DNA of 63,407 nucleotides, filler included, from Reclinomonas americana ATCC 50394 (Eukaryota), in the NCBI GenBank assembly GCA_048213135.1. It is 16 parts of 16 records of this genome, joined end to end, with 100 filler letters (N's around TTAATTAATTAA, not from the genome) between each part and the next. Parts side by side here need not be neighbours in the genome. Positions count along the whole stretch, not along the records: positions 35,140 to 41,571 come from AFZH01020417.1; positions 41,672 to 51,989 come from AFZH01020418.1; positions 52,090 to 53,960 come from AFZH01020419.1; 13 more parts are not named here. One strand, given 5' to 3'. The stretch's first letter is position 1. Every line of letters begins with the position of its first letter. This document shows positions 38,269 through 52,173 of the stretch, piece by piece. A program made the translations under genes and the position numbers. A model generated the notes under the pieces. It was given only the letters and a program-made list of their open reading frames with translations, was not told where the DNA came from and did not search any database.

Positions 38269-38465
38269 TCATTCGTCTTCTCCCTCTGCTGCTTCTTCCG
38301 ATGCGCGATTTCGTTTTGTCGGCGGCATGTCATCGACGGCCACTGGACTTCCGGGCCGTTTGCTGCCGACTGATGGTAGTGGCGGTGCAAACGAAGGCAG
38401 CGCGACGGAGTCTGCAGATGGCACAAAGGACGGCAATCGGAAGGTGCCGGCTGGAGGCTCGTACG

Positions 38466-38500
<35 letters not shown>

Positions 38501-41500
38501 GGTGCTGCTGGTGGTGGTGGTGGTGGTGGTGGTGGTGGTGGTGGAGGCACGTAAGCTGAATATACAACTGGGTTTGACGACGGTGATTGTGGTGGTGCGT
38601 CGCGCGAGGCCTGCACGACGAGACGCGTAAAGTCCTCGGGCCGGATGCGCTCCGCTGTGGACTCCAGCACCCGATAAATGTGCTGAGGCATGTCCGGCTG
38701 CGCAGTTCATCGTCAGCAAACAACCACACCAGTACGACCTTTCCAATCGGCGAGCACCACGCAACGTGATTGATCCACGAGGGCGCCTGCCTCTCGCAGC
38801 GGAACTCGCCCGTGCCGGTATCGTAGGAGAACTCGAAAATCACCGAGCCGCCCGACTCGGCCGCCATAATGTCTCGTGCACGCCTCGCCAGTTTCGTCAG
38901 TCGGTACGTTTGTGGGCCTGTCTCGGTCTGGTAGTGCAGCTGGTACATGAATTCCGTCTGCAATCGAGACAGAAGGTTAAAAACCATCAATCACCAACAG
39001 CCCGATCTTCTTTTTCGAGAGGTCTGCTCAACTTCGGAAGGGGTGACCGCAAAGCACAGCGTCCGATTGCGTGGCCATTTCCACTCCAAAACACCCTTGG
39101 TGCGATCCACGAGACCGTGAGAGACCGGCGCCACGCAATCCTCCCGCCTCAGCAGCACCGACTGCGACGTGAGTTGAGCATGCCATTGGTTTCACGCACA
39201 ACGCGCACAGACATGCACGCCCAACCTGCACGCGCACAGACAGCTCCGGCTCGTCCTCAATGTACCCGCCCACCACATTGGTGTTCAGTTCGCCGGTGGC
39301 ATCACGCTTCACCGCCCGCATCAACTCCTCCAGCGAATCGTCCGTGGTCGACAGCAGCTTCTTGAACCGCAACCGGAAGCCGTGCGCCATCAACGATTGC
39401 AGAGAGAATGGCGTATTGTCCATGGGTGGCTTGGCCGGCTGCCCGGGGCGCGGTGGGAACAACTGACGCACGCACACACACACCGGTCAGAAGTAGGAGT
39501 GGGGAATAACAACCATACAAGCGCGCTGATACCTTTTCAATCTCCTCCACAATCGGCCGCAGATATTCGCGAGCCTTGCGTATCCGCTCGCTGTACGCGG
39601 GTTCGCTGACAGCCAAAACTTCATCACGCAGCAGCAGCACATCGTCGAGCTGGAGGCACACCAACATGCGTGTGTGTGAGAGAAATAAGGGCGATCAACA
39701 AGCACCGCACAGACTGAACGGCCGGCTCACCAAAAACACCCACACCCCGGCCGTTGTGTCTTGCGTTATTTGGCCAGTGATGAGTGTGTTATTCAGCAGC
39801 TTGCACACGGCCCAGTTCCAGAAACGCGCACGCAGAATACGCCGGTTCGGCAGCACAAGGAACGCCTGGTTGTGACAGACACAGATGTGGCACGACAGTC
39901 CGTCGGCTCCAATCGTCGCCGTGTAAGCGTCTGCGTTCACCCGATCATTGTCAGATACTGGCAGCAAAGAGAAACTCACACACAAAAAAATGACGCACGT
40001 GAAGAGAGATAGTTGGAGCAGACTTTGGTAAAGGTGACGGGGTCGGCGAATGCCGGTGCGCGCATTGTCAGCACCGACACTTCGTCCGGGCCAAACGAAC
40101 TGCAGCGGCGAAGAATGAGAAAGTGTACCCGCGCACAACCAGCGCAGAGCACCAGCGGAAAAGCAACCGACCCGACGGGCATGTGGGCCGGATACTCGCG
40201 AACCAGCATGTCGATCAGTTCCGAGAACGCCCGGTAGCACTGTTCGATTGCATCAGCACAACAGCGACCGATCAAAGCACACAACCAATTTTCCTCTCTC
40301 TCTCTTCTGTCACTCACATGCTGATACACGGGATGATGCTCTTGCATCGCCAGCAAGTGACCCGGTGCGTTGCTCATGATCTGCCGATCCTCAATCTCCG
40401 CCTGCACACAGCATGTCAGCGAGTGTGTGAGAAAGAGAAGGAGCGAGACTCGACAACAAGCCACGCACATCTTCCACTGGAACATCCCATCGCAGCAAAC
40501 ATCGCAGTCGCACGTACTCTTGATCGGCCGGTGGGATTGACCTGTGTGGTGTGCGGAGGAGGAGGAACGGATCAGTGCTTGCTTGGCATTGCGATTGGAG
40601 AAGCGATCAGTCATGAACGCAACGGATTGCGGACGTATCGCACTGCCTCCTTCAAATACACGATTTGCCGACGTGCAAACTCTGCGCTCCACACCGCACG
40701 TGATGAGCAACGCGTTCACGGAGAGAGAAACGAACAATTGACACTTAACTCTCATTCTGCTGGCGGACATACTTGCAAAAAGCCTCATCCTGCTGAATCA
40801 TTTCGGGCGGAAAGATGTGCTGTATATCGGTGCCCGTGCTCTCCACCTCTCCCAGGCGCTCGTTCACGCGCAACAAGTAGTCGCTGACTGCGGGAAGACG
40901 CTCCCGCAATCCAACGCCGACCACGTAGCGCTCCGAGTTGGCCGGACGACTGGTCACCGGCTTCACGAGAGCGATGCGATCGAACGCATGGTACAGGGCA
41001 AAGACGACGCCCACGGTGAAATGCGTGTACGTGTCAAAGAGCTTCAATGCAAAGCAACCGCCTGGTATAATACGGTGAGGAACCGCATTACATCGTGGCG
41101 GGTGACACATGCGACAATGGTACCTTTCCGCAGCAACCGCAATGCCAGTGTGGCCTGACAGAGCACGAGTCGCTTCATCAACACCTCCTGATTGTTCTCG
41201 TCGCCCTCGACACTGCTACCCTGTTCCCGGCACGATACAGTCAATCAATCACCCAGCCATTGCTCTCGGTATAGGGAAGACACGCAACTCCATCGCCCGT
41301 CACCAGCGCCACACCGCGCCCGTTGGTCTCCTGCGCCACATGTGCCGCAAATGCCAACATGTTCTCGTTCTTGTAAATGTCGCCCGAGTCGTCGACGCCG
41401 TAGTGCGGCACGAAGACGCCATTGAAGGGTCGTGCATCCCGTCGGAACTTGTGCAACTTGAAATCACAATCACCTGGCCACGCACTGCGTGTGAGTACTC

Positions 41501-42134
41501 TGGCGATGGTGGTGACAACAGCAGCAGCAGCTCCGCACCGCGCAGCGTAAAACCGAATCCGCGACTCCGCTNNNNNNNNNNNNNNNNNNNNNNNNNNNNN
41601 NNNNNNNNNNNNNNNTTAATTAATTAANNNNNNNNNNNNNNNNNNNNNNNNNNNNNNNNNNNNNNNNNNNNTTCACGTGATGAGCGCAAGCCACACAACT
41701 CTCTGCAGCACAACAATGACAACAGCACATGCCTTGATCTCAATGTTTTCGCGCTCTTGCGCCGGTGAGCGCGCCGAACTCGCAAATGCAGCATCGGTCT
41801 CCACCGCCTCCGCAGCCGCCGTCGATGCACTGAAGCCGAGACCTGCAGCACACTCAGTCTCCCATGCACACACACACACACACACACTCTCACACACACA
41901 TGCACTCACCTGCTCTTCCCTGCCCGGCATTCGTCTCAATCACTTTGCCCAGCTTCGACGGGTCAAAGTTGCCCTGCAACAGGAAAATGCGCGCCAAACC
42001 CCGTTCATTATCACTGCATGCGTCTCTCTTTCTTTCTTTCTCTCTCTGTGCGAGTACGCAACAAGCAGACGCCATGCACGACTGGAGCCCACAGAGCCAC
42101 TCGAGGCACTGCCGCTGGCCTCGCTCCCATCCAT
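38269..42134 (-). CDS. CMTR1: Cap-specific mRNA 2'-O-methyltransferase 1-like (G-patch-like, FtsJ MTase, inactive GTase-like domain); spans gap at 41572
   Basis: N-terminal GQGRA|GLGF; GFGFTLRG; GVDDSGDIY; LVTGDG|GSSVEGDENNQE; LKLFDTYTHFTVG; KPVTSRPANSERY. Confidence 0.88.
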
Positions 42135-42417
42135 GAGAAGTATTGGGACAGTGATGCAGCAGCGAGCCTTTGTCCGTCCTCTTTTTGTCATAACACCGAC
42201 AAAGGTCTGTCTCCCGCTGGCACCATCGTCCATCCCTGCACATCTCCCTCTCCTCTGCATCATCCACGCCATCACGGCATTCCCGTCTGCCGTCCTTTTT
42301 GTGTGTGTGTGTGTTTTGTGTTTCTGCGCGTGTGTTTGGCCATGATGTGAATGTGCACATAGCCTCTCACGCACGCGCGCCCCCTTCCCTCTCCTTCTGC
42401 CGCCTGCCTGCAGCTCG

Positions 42418-44199
42418 ATGGTGAAGCGGAAGAAGGCGTCACAGAAGAAGCGGACCGACTTGCGCGTCAAGGACGTGCTGAGCCGGTTGCCGGAGCATGA
42501 GGCGCGAGAGGCGGCACTGACGGCTGCACGCACGCTGGCCGACTCGGCGCTCTTCACCGTGTCGAAGAAGCCACCAAAGGCGAAGCATAGTGTGGAAGAC
42601 TTGATCGAGGAGGACGAGGATGGGCGACCGATGATCAATGGTCAGTGTGTGTGTTCAGATTGCACAAGATTGTGTGCTGACTGACTGTCTGTCTCGGTGT
42701 GGTGACAGGCAAGGTGGTGCGGTCGGCGGCCAAGGCACGCCGGTTGGCCATGGCCGAGAGAATACGTGCGCAGCGCGAGGCGCGACTGAATTCACACTCG
42801 GATCAGTCGATTCCTGCCGTGCCGCCGGTCAGGGACACATTGGCGGCGGTGAAGAAGCACCGTGAGCAGGTGCAGGAGAAGGCGCGTCTGCTGCGGAAAC
42901 GACGACGTGGTGAGAAGGAGGAGGAAGAGGAGGAGGATGGCGACGAAAGAGTGGATGACTCGAGCGAGGGGGAGAAGCGCTACGTGATTGAGTCGTCGTC
43001 GGACGACGATGATTACTACGGGCGGGAGCCACAGTGGAAGAAGATGCGGAGGGAGTTGGTGAAGAAGATCCCGCGCCGGCTGACACAACGGCCTGTGACG
43101 GAGGATGTGTGGGAGGCGAGCAAGAATGCTGCTCCGGAGCTGGGATACGGTCTGAAGCCGCAGCCGGATGTGGATCTCTCGTTGGTCGCCATTCCTGCGT
43201 CGATTGTGCCGCCCAAGAAGCGGCCACACAGCATGGAGACGTACAAGCCGAGCTATCGGAAAGCCACACCAGTGCCGGATCCAGCGCAGTCGTACAATCC
43301 GGTGCCGATCGACCACAAGAAGCTTCTCGACCATGTGTACAAGCGTGAGCTCGGACGCCAACGCAAGGAGAGGAAATACGAAAAGATTCTGGCACGGGTG
43401 CGTCTCTCTCACTTGTTGGGTCGCACGCTGAAGGTGGTGGGTTGCTGAGAAACAATCGTGCGTCTGGTGTGCACAGCCCAAGGGATTCGAGGATGTCGAG
43501 GCGAACGATGCCGTGGCCGGAATGCTCATCGATCAGGCCTACGAAGAGCAGCCGGAGCTGTACGAGGAGCTGGTTCGCGCCCCCCTCCACACACACACAC
43601 AAAACTGCCTCGTTATTCCCCCCGCTCATTGTGCATTTCTTGTTTGCGTGGCAGTCGGCTCCGACGGGTGCCGAGCCGCTGGTTCTCAAGCCGACCGAGA
43701 AGAAGACCAAGGCGCAGCGCAATCGCGAACAACGACACAAGGAACGCTTGCTGGAGGAGCAGGCGCGCAGAGAGAAGAAGCGAGCCGAATCTACCATGCC
43801 CGCCGTCAAGACGATTGCGAGGGAGGTCGACCAGGAACTCAGCAAGGCGCAGCAGATTCTCGAGAAACGACGCCGTCGTCGCGAGGCATTCGAACGAGTA
43901 CGCATCAAGATCCTCGGCAGTGGGCGATACGTGCGCGACGACCCCGCATACTTGCTGCCAGAGCAGCTGGCAGCCTCACTCCGCCAGACCCCCGTCAGTG
44001 TGCGTGACGAAAAAGTGATGCAGAGGGAGGGAAAAAACTATTGTGTTGACAAATTGTTTTTTTCATGCAGACGGTTGGCGCGACGCTGCTCAAGGAGCGC
44101 TACAGCAGCTTCATGGAGCGCAATATGGTGGCACCGAGGGGCACCAAGAGGCAGAAGAAGAAGAAGCACCGTTTCCGCTACTCGGAAAGACCCGAATGA
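42418..44199 (+). CDS. NOP53: Ribosome biogenesis protein NOP53/GLTSCR2
   Basis: ALFTV motif; AQSYNP..DHKKLL; KKTKAQRNR; LPEQLAASLRQTP|..LLKERYSSFMERNM. Confidence 0.85.
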
Positions 44200-44395
44200 A
44201 TGCATGTCGACGCGTCGACATCACCAATGCGCAAAATTGAACGCAGTCAAAAACACGACATTTGACCCCCACCTTTTTTCCCTTTACACGCGTGTGGAGC
44301 CGTTGTTGACCACTGCACCAAAAAAGTTACGCTTTCTGCATGGCATCTCGCGCGACAAACCTTTCGCACTCACACTCACACAGCTCCCAAAAAGA

Positions 44396-45844
44396 ATGTC
44401 TCGCTTCTTTACTCTTCTCGCCCTCGTGTCTGTGGTGGCCGTTTTGGTCGCCACGAGCAGCGCTGAGCCGCTTCTGCGCGGTGGTGCAGTGGCTGTCACG
44501 GAGGTGCGTGTGTGTGTTTGAGCACACACACACACACACACACACACACAATATTCCGAACTCACATGCATGTGTGAGATGCGCAGCTCGTCGACAAGGT
44601 GGATCCGGTCACTGAGCTGCAGGCGCTGCGCGACTTTTACAACAGCACCAATGGCCCGAGCTGGACCAGCAACCAAGGGTGTGTGTGATTTTGTGGCATT
44701 TCTGATGATGATATGTGTGTGCATTGCATCACTCATTCTCGCTTTGTGTTTGTGATTAGATGGACTGACCCCGATGCCACCGACGTGTGCGACTGGTTCG
44801 GCGTGTCGTGCCGCGACGGAACGCACGTCACCAACCTCATCTTGCCCAACAACAACCTGCGCGTTGCGTCCATGAAGAATCCAAGACGAGAAATGGGTGT
44901 CATGCTCACTGTTGTTCTTGTTGTTGTTGTTGTTGTTGCAGGGTTCCATCGTGAGCTCGTTTGGTGCGCTGGCCAACCTGGAGGTGAGTCGTGTACAATG
45001 CGGCGCTCCGCTTTTTGCGCTGCTGGCTGACGTTTCTGTTTTCCGTGCGCAGTACCTCGATCTGTCGCAGTGCGTCAGGACTCCCGTTATTGTTTTGCTT
45101 CTTTGAATGTACTCATTCGATTGTCGCTCAGGAACCAGTACCTTGCCGGCAACCTCCCGTCCGTCAACTTCACCAAGCTGCTGCACGTCGACCTGAGCGT
45201 GAGTGATTTGTTCTGTGTTTGCTGCGCATTTTTCCGGTGCATTTCACTCACGCACACGCGGCTCCCTCGTTCGCAACAGATGGGCATGAGCTCGTTCTAC
45301 CGCGGTTGGTGGCCGCTGCCATTTTTTATTGCATCTCGCCGGTTTGTCTGACATGTTCCCCTTCTGCCGCAGGCTCGCTCACTGGCCCTGTGCCCGCTGG
45401 CCTGCTGCCGAGCACCCTGCTCTTCTTCGTGCGTGTGTTCTCCGCCTCCTCTGTCACTCGTGTGCGCTGCTGACACTTCGCAAAACAGGATCTGAGCAGC
45501 CAGCAGTTCTCCCGCATGCCGAATGCGGCCCTGGACCTGCCGAACGTGACCCGCTTCACCGTGCACAACAACGGAATGGTGCGTGATGCTTGCTTTCTTT
45601 GCTTGTGTTTCGTTCATACATACTGAATTCTTGCGGTATGCAGGGCGGCTACTTCCCGTCATGGATGTCAACGACGTCGCTGACCTACTTCGACATTGGC
45701 AACAACCAGTTTGTGGGCTTCGGCACCCCGACCATGGCTGCGCCGCCGAAGAGCGCCACCTGCATCACCTCGTACAACAACTTCTTCTGCCCCTTCACTC
45801 CCGACTGGGTCAGCTCGCAGTGCCAGGGCACGTGCCACAACTAA
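44396..45844 (+). CDS. Secreted plant-type LRR protein with N-terminal cap
   Basis: Signal peptide; ELQALRDFYNSTNGPSW..W..VCDWFGVSC; LILPNNNLR|GSI; YLDLSQNQYLAGNLP; Cys-containing C-terminal cap; no TM helix. Confidence 0.88.
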
Positions 45845-45960
45845 ATCGTGTGATCGTGTGGCCACCTCTCTCCACTCCAACCTCCCCCCTTCCCCCTCTT
45901 CATCGTCATCCGCACAGACAATGACCCAATGAAATGCGCGACGTAGAACTGTGGCACGTT

Positions 45961-48900
45961 TCATGAGAAGAAATGTCGTGCAGATGATGCCAATTGATGT
46001 AGTCGCTCGCGAGTGTCAGCATCACAACACGCGGTGGCTGCCGTCGACCGCAGTGCCGCCAGCAGGTAATGTCGCGCTGCAACTTGTTCGTCGGTCACCC
46101 ACGCCTGCACAGCCGTGCGTACAGTCGACTGCATGCGCTCCAGTGGTGTCACACGCTGTGTGCGTTCAGCTGTCATAAGTCTCATAATGCGCAAAGGGGC
46201 ACGCCACCACAACACCACACCAACCGCTTCAGCATTATCGTCGTCGTCATCGTCTCCGAACAGCGGCAACTCAGAGGCACCACTGGAAGTCTTCTCGTGA
46301 CCGAGAGCATAGTGCACCGCCCACCACAGTCGCTCCTTGTCGAGCAGAGCGCACTGCGCAGCGGCCGCAGAGATCTGTGCTATGCGATGAAAACACAGTA
46401 GTGATGGAAGCAGTGATGGAAACAACACCGCACCTGACTCGCGACAGCCACCAACTCGACCATTCGGTCGAGTACGGCCTGCAAGCGCTGCTGCAGCATA
46501 CGCCGTCGCTGCGGCATGGAAGACGCAAGTTAGTGAACTGCACAGTTGTGATTGGGGAGAACACGCAACTTTGTGTGGCACCACCGCAGAGCGACACATG
46601 GCGCGCAAGCAGCTCAGCGCCCCATCACAAACCCCTGGCCGACTGTCGACAACAGCACCAAGAATAACAGTGGTGGCGTCGAGCACCAACTCGCTGCGTG
46701 TCTCCACCTCTACTACTGCTGCGGCTGGTGGTGGTGGAAGAATACCGCTCATGGTGGACAAAAAGGCAGCAAAGTTGCCGGTTCCGAGTGAGGCCACCCG
46801 GGGCACGCTAAGCGGCTTGCGTCGCAACACCACCAACGGTGGATCGTCGGTGACCAGCTGTGCAGAGCGGAAAGGAATGAGAAACAGAGAATACTGTGCG
46901 CTCTTCCTCCACAAGCACAAACCATGCCGACAACCGTCGCTTGCAATAGTGGATCGAGACACAGGGAGCCCAACACGCGCCACAGCTGGCGACCAGTCAG
47001 CGTGAATAAGAGTGCACGTTGGCGCACGGCAGAAGCGACGCAACTGTAAAGCCGTCAGTCTGCTGCCCTTGTTGCTGCTGCAGTGCGCACACGGAGAGGC
47101 AAGTGGAGAGGAGTTGTTGCAGTGGTACGGACGACGGCGAGTCGAACCACGCCGACCATTCAGGGGCAAGTGCGGTTATCGAATCCACCTGACCCAGACC
47201 CACGGCGATGCACACCTCCACGCAACGCAACACATGAGTCACGGCTGCGGCACGCCGACTGTCGGTGACTGTGCACGGAGGTATGACATGCAGTGAGCAG
47301 TGTGCACTGCCGTTGTGTGCAGTACGTGGCTTGGATGAAAACCTTGCAATAGACGCAGTTGCGGCAAGGTCTTGCACAGCCACAGGCCAGCGACACACGC
47401 GCGCTCGACCACACCGCGCCACATTCGCATTTCCTCGCACGCACTGCGAACGCGTTTCTAAGGAAACATGCACCGGCGCGAGAAGCAACGTATCACAACG
47501 CACCACGCTCGACGCACACCACTGTCGGAGAGCACTGCGACCAGACACTCGGCTGCCACACCGGCTTTGACGACACCCTCGTCACGTGTGCGCAGCGCAA
47601 GCACCGACAGCGTCACAATCGCAGGTTTCCACCACGCCCCAACTGTCAAGCTATGAGTGATGGAGACGGGCAGCACCAAGACCTGCACTCACCAATGTGT
47701 GCGATGGAGGCCGACTGCTGAAGGGTTGAGAGCAGCGCCGACGCTGCGTCCACCAGCCCATCTTCGAGATGTGACTTGACGTGAGTGGCAGCCGGCGTCG
47801 ATCGACCCAGACTGAGTACCACGAATGCGACAGCGGCTGGCGTGCGGGCCACGAACGGATGTTTGGCGAGTGCCAGCAACACTCGCCGCTCACGATCACT
47901 CCACGACTCCACGTGCTCAAGCAGCCCATCGCTCGCCGACCACGGGTCGCCTCCTTTAAGCAATATCAGTGCATCCACAAGATGGTTGCGAAAAACATGC
48001 GTGCAGTGAACGCACCAAACGCCGTCATCGCGCGATAGATGAGTTGCAGCGCCCGTACTGCACCGCCACCTCTACAGCGCACGGCCCTGCTTGCCGTGTC
48101 GCGCACCAGCGGACCCATGACACGCGACACGCAGGCTCGACTCTGTCGAGGTGACAATAAGCACACGACACGGTAGCAGCAGTGACAAAGTCGCACCCAT
48201 TCGTCGCCTCGAGCAAGACAAGCCTGCGTGCATTTAACAAATGTTTCAGCATGTTTGTATACAAGGAGCGAGACAGACACATGGTTCTCACTTTCAACAC
48301 ACAGGCGAGTGCACGTTGTCGCGTCGAGGCTTCTTCCACCAGTTGCGATTCCCCAGCATAGCACGCCAGCAGTGACCACACAATCTCGCGACTTTGCAGC
48401 ACCGTCCCGGCAGCATGCACAAGACGACACAGACTGCCAACGAGGATTGACGAGTGCGGCGACACTGCCGTGGCACGTCGACACATGACAGCCATCAGCT
48501 GCGGCCACAACTGGCACCGACGGCCATCGACCAAACACTCGTCCACAAAGCCCACCAACGCCTCATCCACACAAGACTTGTCGCTGGCATCGCTCGATCG
48601 CATGCACAGGCGAACCACCAACGCCACCGCATCGTCGACAACAGCCGGAGAACGACAACCAAACACCACCAACGCGCGACACAAGCGAACAAGAACCGTC
48701 ACATCGCAGTCATTGACAACACCCATTGTCGCCAGTCCACGCGACAACGCCATCAGCAGACGTCGCGCCTCATGCACAGAGCCCGGCAACACGGGCAAAC
48801 GCAGCAACGAGGCCGCCAGCTGCACCACCGACGAAGCATGAGTGTTGTGCATCGTCTGCAGCGCCTTCTCCAGTCGCGGCAACAAGTCCCGGCGAACGTG

Positions 48901-49227
48901 CTGCTGCCGTCGCCACGCCCATGTCCATGATACACACTGTTCTGCAACCTGCTGTGCACGCACTTTGTTCCGCACCGATCTGCACGCAGGGAGAGGTGAG
49001 AACAGTGGCGAGGGAGCGACGACACGAGTGCAGTCATGTACGAAACGAGACAAGTCGCTCCTGCTGCCACTCACGCAGCATGTCGGCGGGAACCAGAATG
49101 CCCAGTCGACGTCGTGAGGGAGACGACGTGTCATCGGCGAGCTGCAGCACAAAGCGACACAGACGACGTGGTCGCATGACGGAGAAGTAGCAGGCAAGGA
49201 TTCGGCGTTTGTTTCGTCGACTGACAT
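45961..49227 (-). CDS. Hypothetical multi-exon protein, predicted helical
   Basis: Chain of Leu/Ala-rich minus-strand ORF segments (48025-49227, 47646-47978, 45961-47169) with coding-like composition. No family recognised. Confidence 0.5.
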
Positions 49228-49326
49228 CTTCTTTGTGGAACAAGTAAGTGAGTGCACGAGCCCTTTCTTATCACAGTTAAGTGGTAGCTGACCGCGGTGT
49301 GTTGCACAGGTGACGCGATCAACAAC

Positions 49327-50176
49327 ATGGTCTGTGTGTGCATATGTGCAGTTGTCTCTCTCTCGTTCATCGCGCGCGCTTGTGTGTGACACATGTGTGT
49401 GTGTGCATGCAGGCGCGCGGCAGCAAAGTGTACAATCGAGTCAAGGACAACGAGAAGCATGTGGACCTGCTGAGCAAGATCGGCATGGGCGTCAATGTTC
49501 TGTGCATGCATGAATGCATTCATCTCATCATCATCATCATCTCACTCTCACTCGTCGACGTGCAGGCGGTATACGTGCTGGTGTGGTTCATGTTCTACTG
49601 GAATCGCATGACGTGGATGGGCTTTGGTCTGCCCTTCACCACCTTTGCTGGTGTGACAGTGATGGTGGTGCGGTACTTTGGCTCGCACACGGGTCGTGAC
49701 ATGCTAGAGTCGGGCGACGACGACGATCTGACGCTGGTCAACGACCTGCGTAACACGAGCGAGTGGAATCACTTTTTGGAGTTGTGTGCTAGTGCAAGAC
49801 TGCACACCGTCTGCGCGCGCGTGGTAGCTGAAGAACGAAGGGTTTGTGCAGGATTGCCCGCGACGCCTTGTACACGACGTGGGGTGTGCAGATTCTGAGC
49901 CTGATCTCCAACTGGTTCCTGCTGCTGGCGTTGTGGGTGCGTGCCTGCGTGTGTCGTGGGGAGGTGATGATGTTTGTGTGCGTGGTTGTTGAGTTCGTGC
50001 CTCTACAGCTGCCGGGCTGGGGCGTCTACAAGCTGTTTGGTCTGTGCGGATCGCGCGGTGGTGCCGAGAAGGAGTACGTGGAGAGCAAGGACGAGGAGAA
50101 GCGACGGCTGAAGAAGGAGAAGAAGATGGAGCGGATGGAGCGTCAGGGTCTCATCTACCGTGGCAGTGGTCGTTAG
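49327..50176 (+). CDS. TMEM208: TMEM208/SND2-family ER targeting protein
   Basis: M|ARGSK..KDNEK; TM helices; NDLRN..|IARDALYTTWGVQILSLISNWFLLLALW|LPGWGVYKL; basic tail EKRRLKKEKKMERMER. Confidence 0.8.
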
Positions 50177-50524
50177 AGAGAAAGCGGGTGCGGCGAGATG
50201 GGAGGGATCGCAAAACTGCAAAGATGAACCACGAGCAAAAAAGTTCTGGGGTTTGTTTTTTTCTGCGTCTCACACCGCCGACATCTCTCTAACACACTGC
50301 GTCGAAATAGCCGAAGACAGGTGAAAGAGAGTCGCAGCGAGTGAAACACGCACACATTGACACACAAACACGCACACACGTTGAAAGCATTAACAGCAAC
50401 ATGCACAGACAAAATAGAGAAGAAGGGGGTTGGTTGCAGAGGGGGAGAAACGGAGGCAACGCTCACACACACACAAACAAACAGAGACACACAAAAAAAC
50501 AAGCAAGGAAATGATTTAGGGAGG

Positions 50525-51655
50525 TCACCGACGCCTCGGCAACTCGAGACTCGGCCGCCGTAGTGCACCAGCTGCAGCGCCGGCCGTGGACTGCGCCACC
50601 GAAGGCGGCGTGCTTGTGCCGCGGGCGGAGGCGGCGCCGAGGCTCGGTTGCGGTCCGACTGACGAGTTCGAGCGCGGACTCTGTGCCGGCACTCCGAAGC
50701 TCAGGTTCGCACGCATCGGAGCACCGAGTGCGGCCACTGCCATCGACGTCGTGCTGCCGAGCCGTGGTGGCCCCGACATGTGACCGGTGGTGTTGTGTCG
50801 CAACAGGAATGGATCGGCGGCGGCAGCAGCGGCGGCCGCCGATGCCGAGCTGCCCGACTCGCCATCTTCGTCCCTGGTGAGATACCACAATTGTAAGCAA
50901 CAAGGAAGCGGCACGACGAGGCTCGTCGCCTGCCACGCAACTCGTCCACATGAGAGAGCAAGTGCAGTCGATGAGACGACTGCGTCGAGTCGCCTGACGA
51001 ACGACTGCCATGACTGTTGGTGACGAGCAGATCGGCGACTGGCGGCGCCTGCGTGCCCATGGGGAAGTCGTGCATGGGAAAGGCGACCACTGTCGGCGCC
51101 TCGCCGAGCAGGTCACGTGAAGGCATGTCGCGCGCAATACCTGACAGAACAAGAGAGAAAAGCGTGAATTCATCTGCGCCAAGACACCAAACCTGTCTCT
51201 CTCTCTCTCTGTGCGTGCGTGTGTGCCAGTCCGTCTCTGTCTCTCTAATTCTCCCTCCCCTCTCCCCCTCTCCCCCTCCTCTCTCTCTCTCTCGCAACTT
51301 CTTGCATCGAGAGCCACTTCGGAGGGAATGACGGGCACACGCTCCACGGCGGAACTCGACAGCTTGTCACCCATCAAATAGAAATCCACTCGCGGCAATA
51401 GCCGTGTTCTCCTGATCTCGCGGTAGATTTTACCGGCCAAACACGGCGCGCAACAGCACGCTGTACATGCGTCGGTCGGCGTCTGCATCCGCGCGGTGGG
51501 GTGAGGGGAACACGAGAGTGGAAAAAGGGACAAAGAAAGACGCAACAGCATCCGTGTAATTGTTCAATCGTCGCACACGACGCTCCATGCCGCGCAGCTT
51601 GGTGCAGGCGGTGCAGGGGAACAACGTGGAGCAGCAAACGCTGCAATCGCTGTGG
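50525..51655 (-). CDS. PLAC8/DUF614-like Cys-rich protein, partial
   Basis: DCSVCCSTLFPC and DACTACCCAPCLAGKIYREI motifs, then a low-complexity tail. The 5' end lies beyond the (GAA)n tract and gap. Confidence 0.55.
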
Positions 51656-51659
51656 CAAT

Positions 51660-51989
51660 GAAAAGAAGAAGATGTGTGAGGAGAAGAAGCAGGAGACGAA
51701 GGAGAACAAGAAGAAGGGGGAGAAGAAGAGGAAGAAGATGAAGAAGAACTAGAAGAAGGAAGAAGAAGAAGGAGAAGGAGAAGAAGCAGCAGCAGCAGAA
51801 GAAGAATAACAAGAAGAACAACAAGAAGAAGAAGACAACGCCGCCTAAGAAGAATACGAAGAAGGAGAAGAACAAGAACAAGAACAACAAGAAGAACAAG
51901 AATACGAAGAACAAAACAACAATAACAAGAAGAAGAAGAAGAAGAAGAAGAAGAAGAAGAAGAAGAAGAAGAAGAAGAAGAAGAAGAAG
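51660..51989. repeat. (GAA)n-rich tract
   Basis: Degenerate then pure GAA run up to the gap. Confidence 0.95.
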
Positions 51990-52173
51990 NNNNNNNNNNN
52001 NNNNNNNNNNNNNNNNNNNNNNNNNNNNNNNNNTTAATTAATTAANNNNNNNNNNNNNNNNNNNNNNNNNNNNNNNNNNNNNNNNNNNNCGGACGCTGTG
52101 ACGGGGGGAAGCTTGAGAACGAAGCTCGCGTGTCCTCCACAATCAGTCACAGTCACGCACTTTTGTCACGCGA

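Noticed and set aside
37116..38630. 504-aa plus-strand ORF
   Set aside because: Antisense to PDI and CMTR1 exons and running through microsatellites; a shadow ORF.
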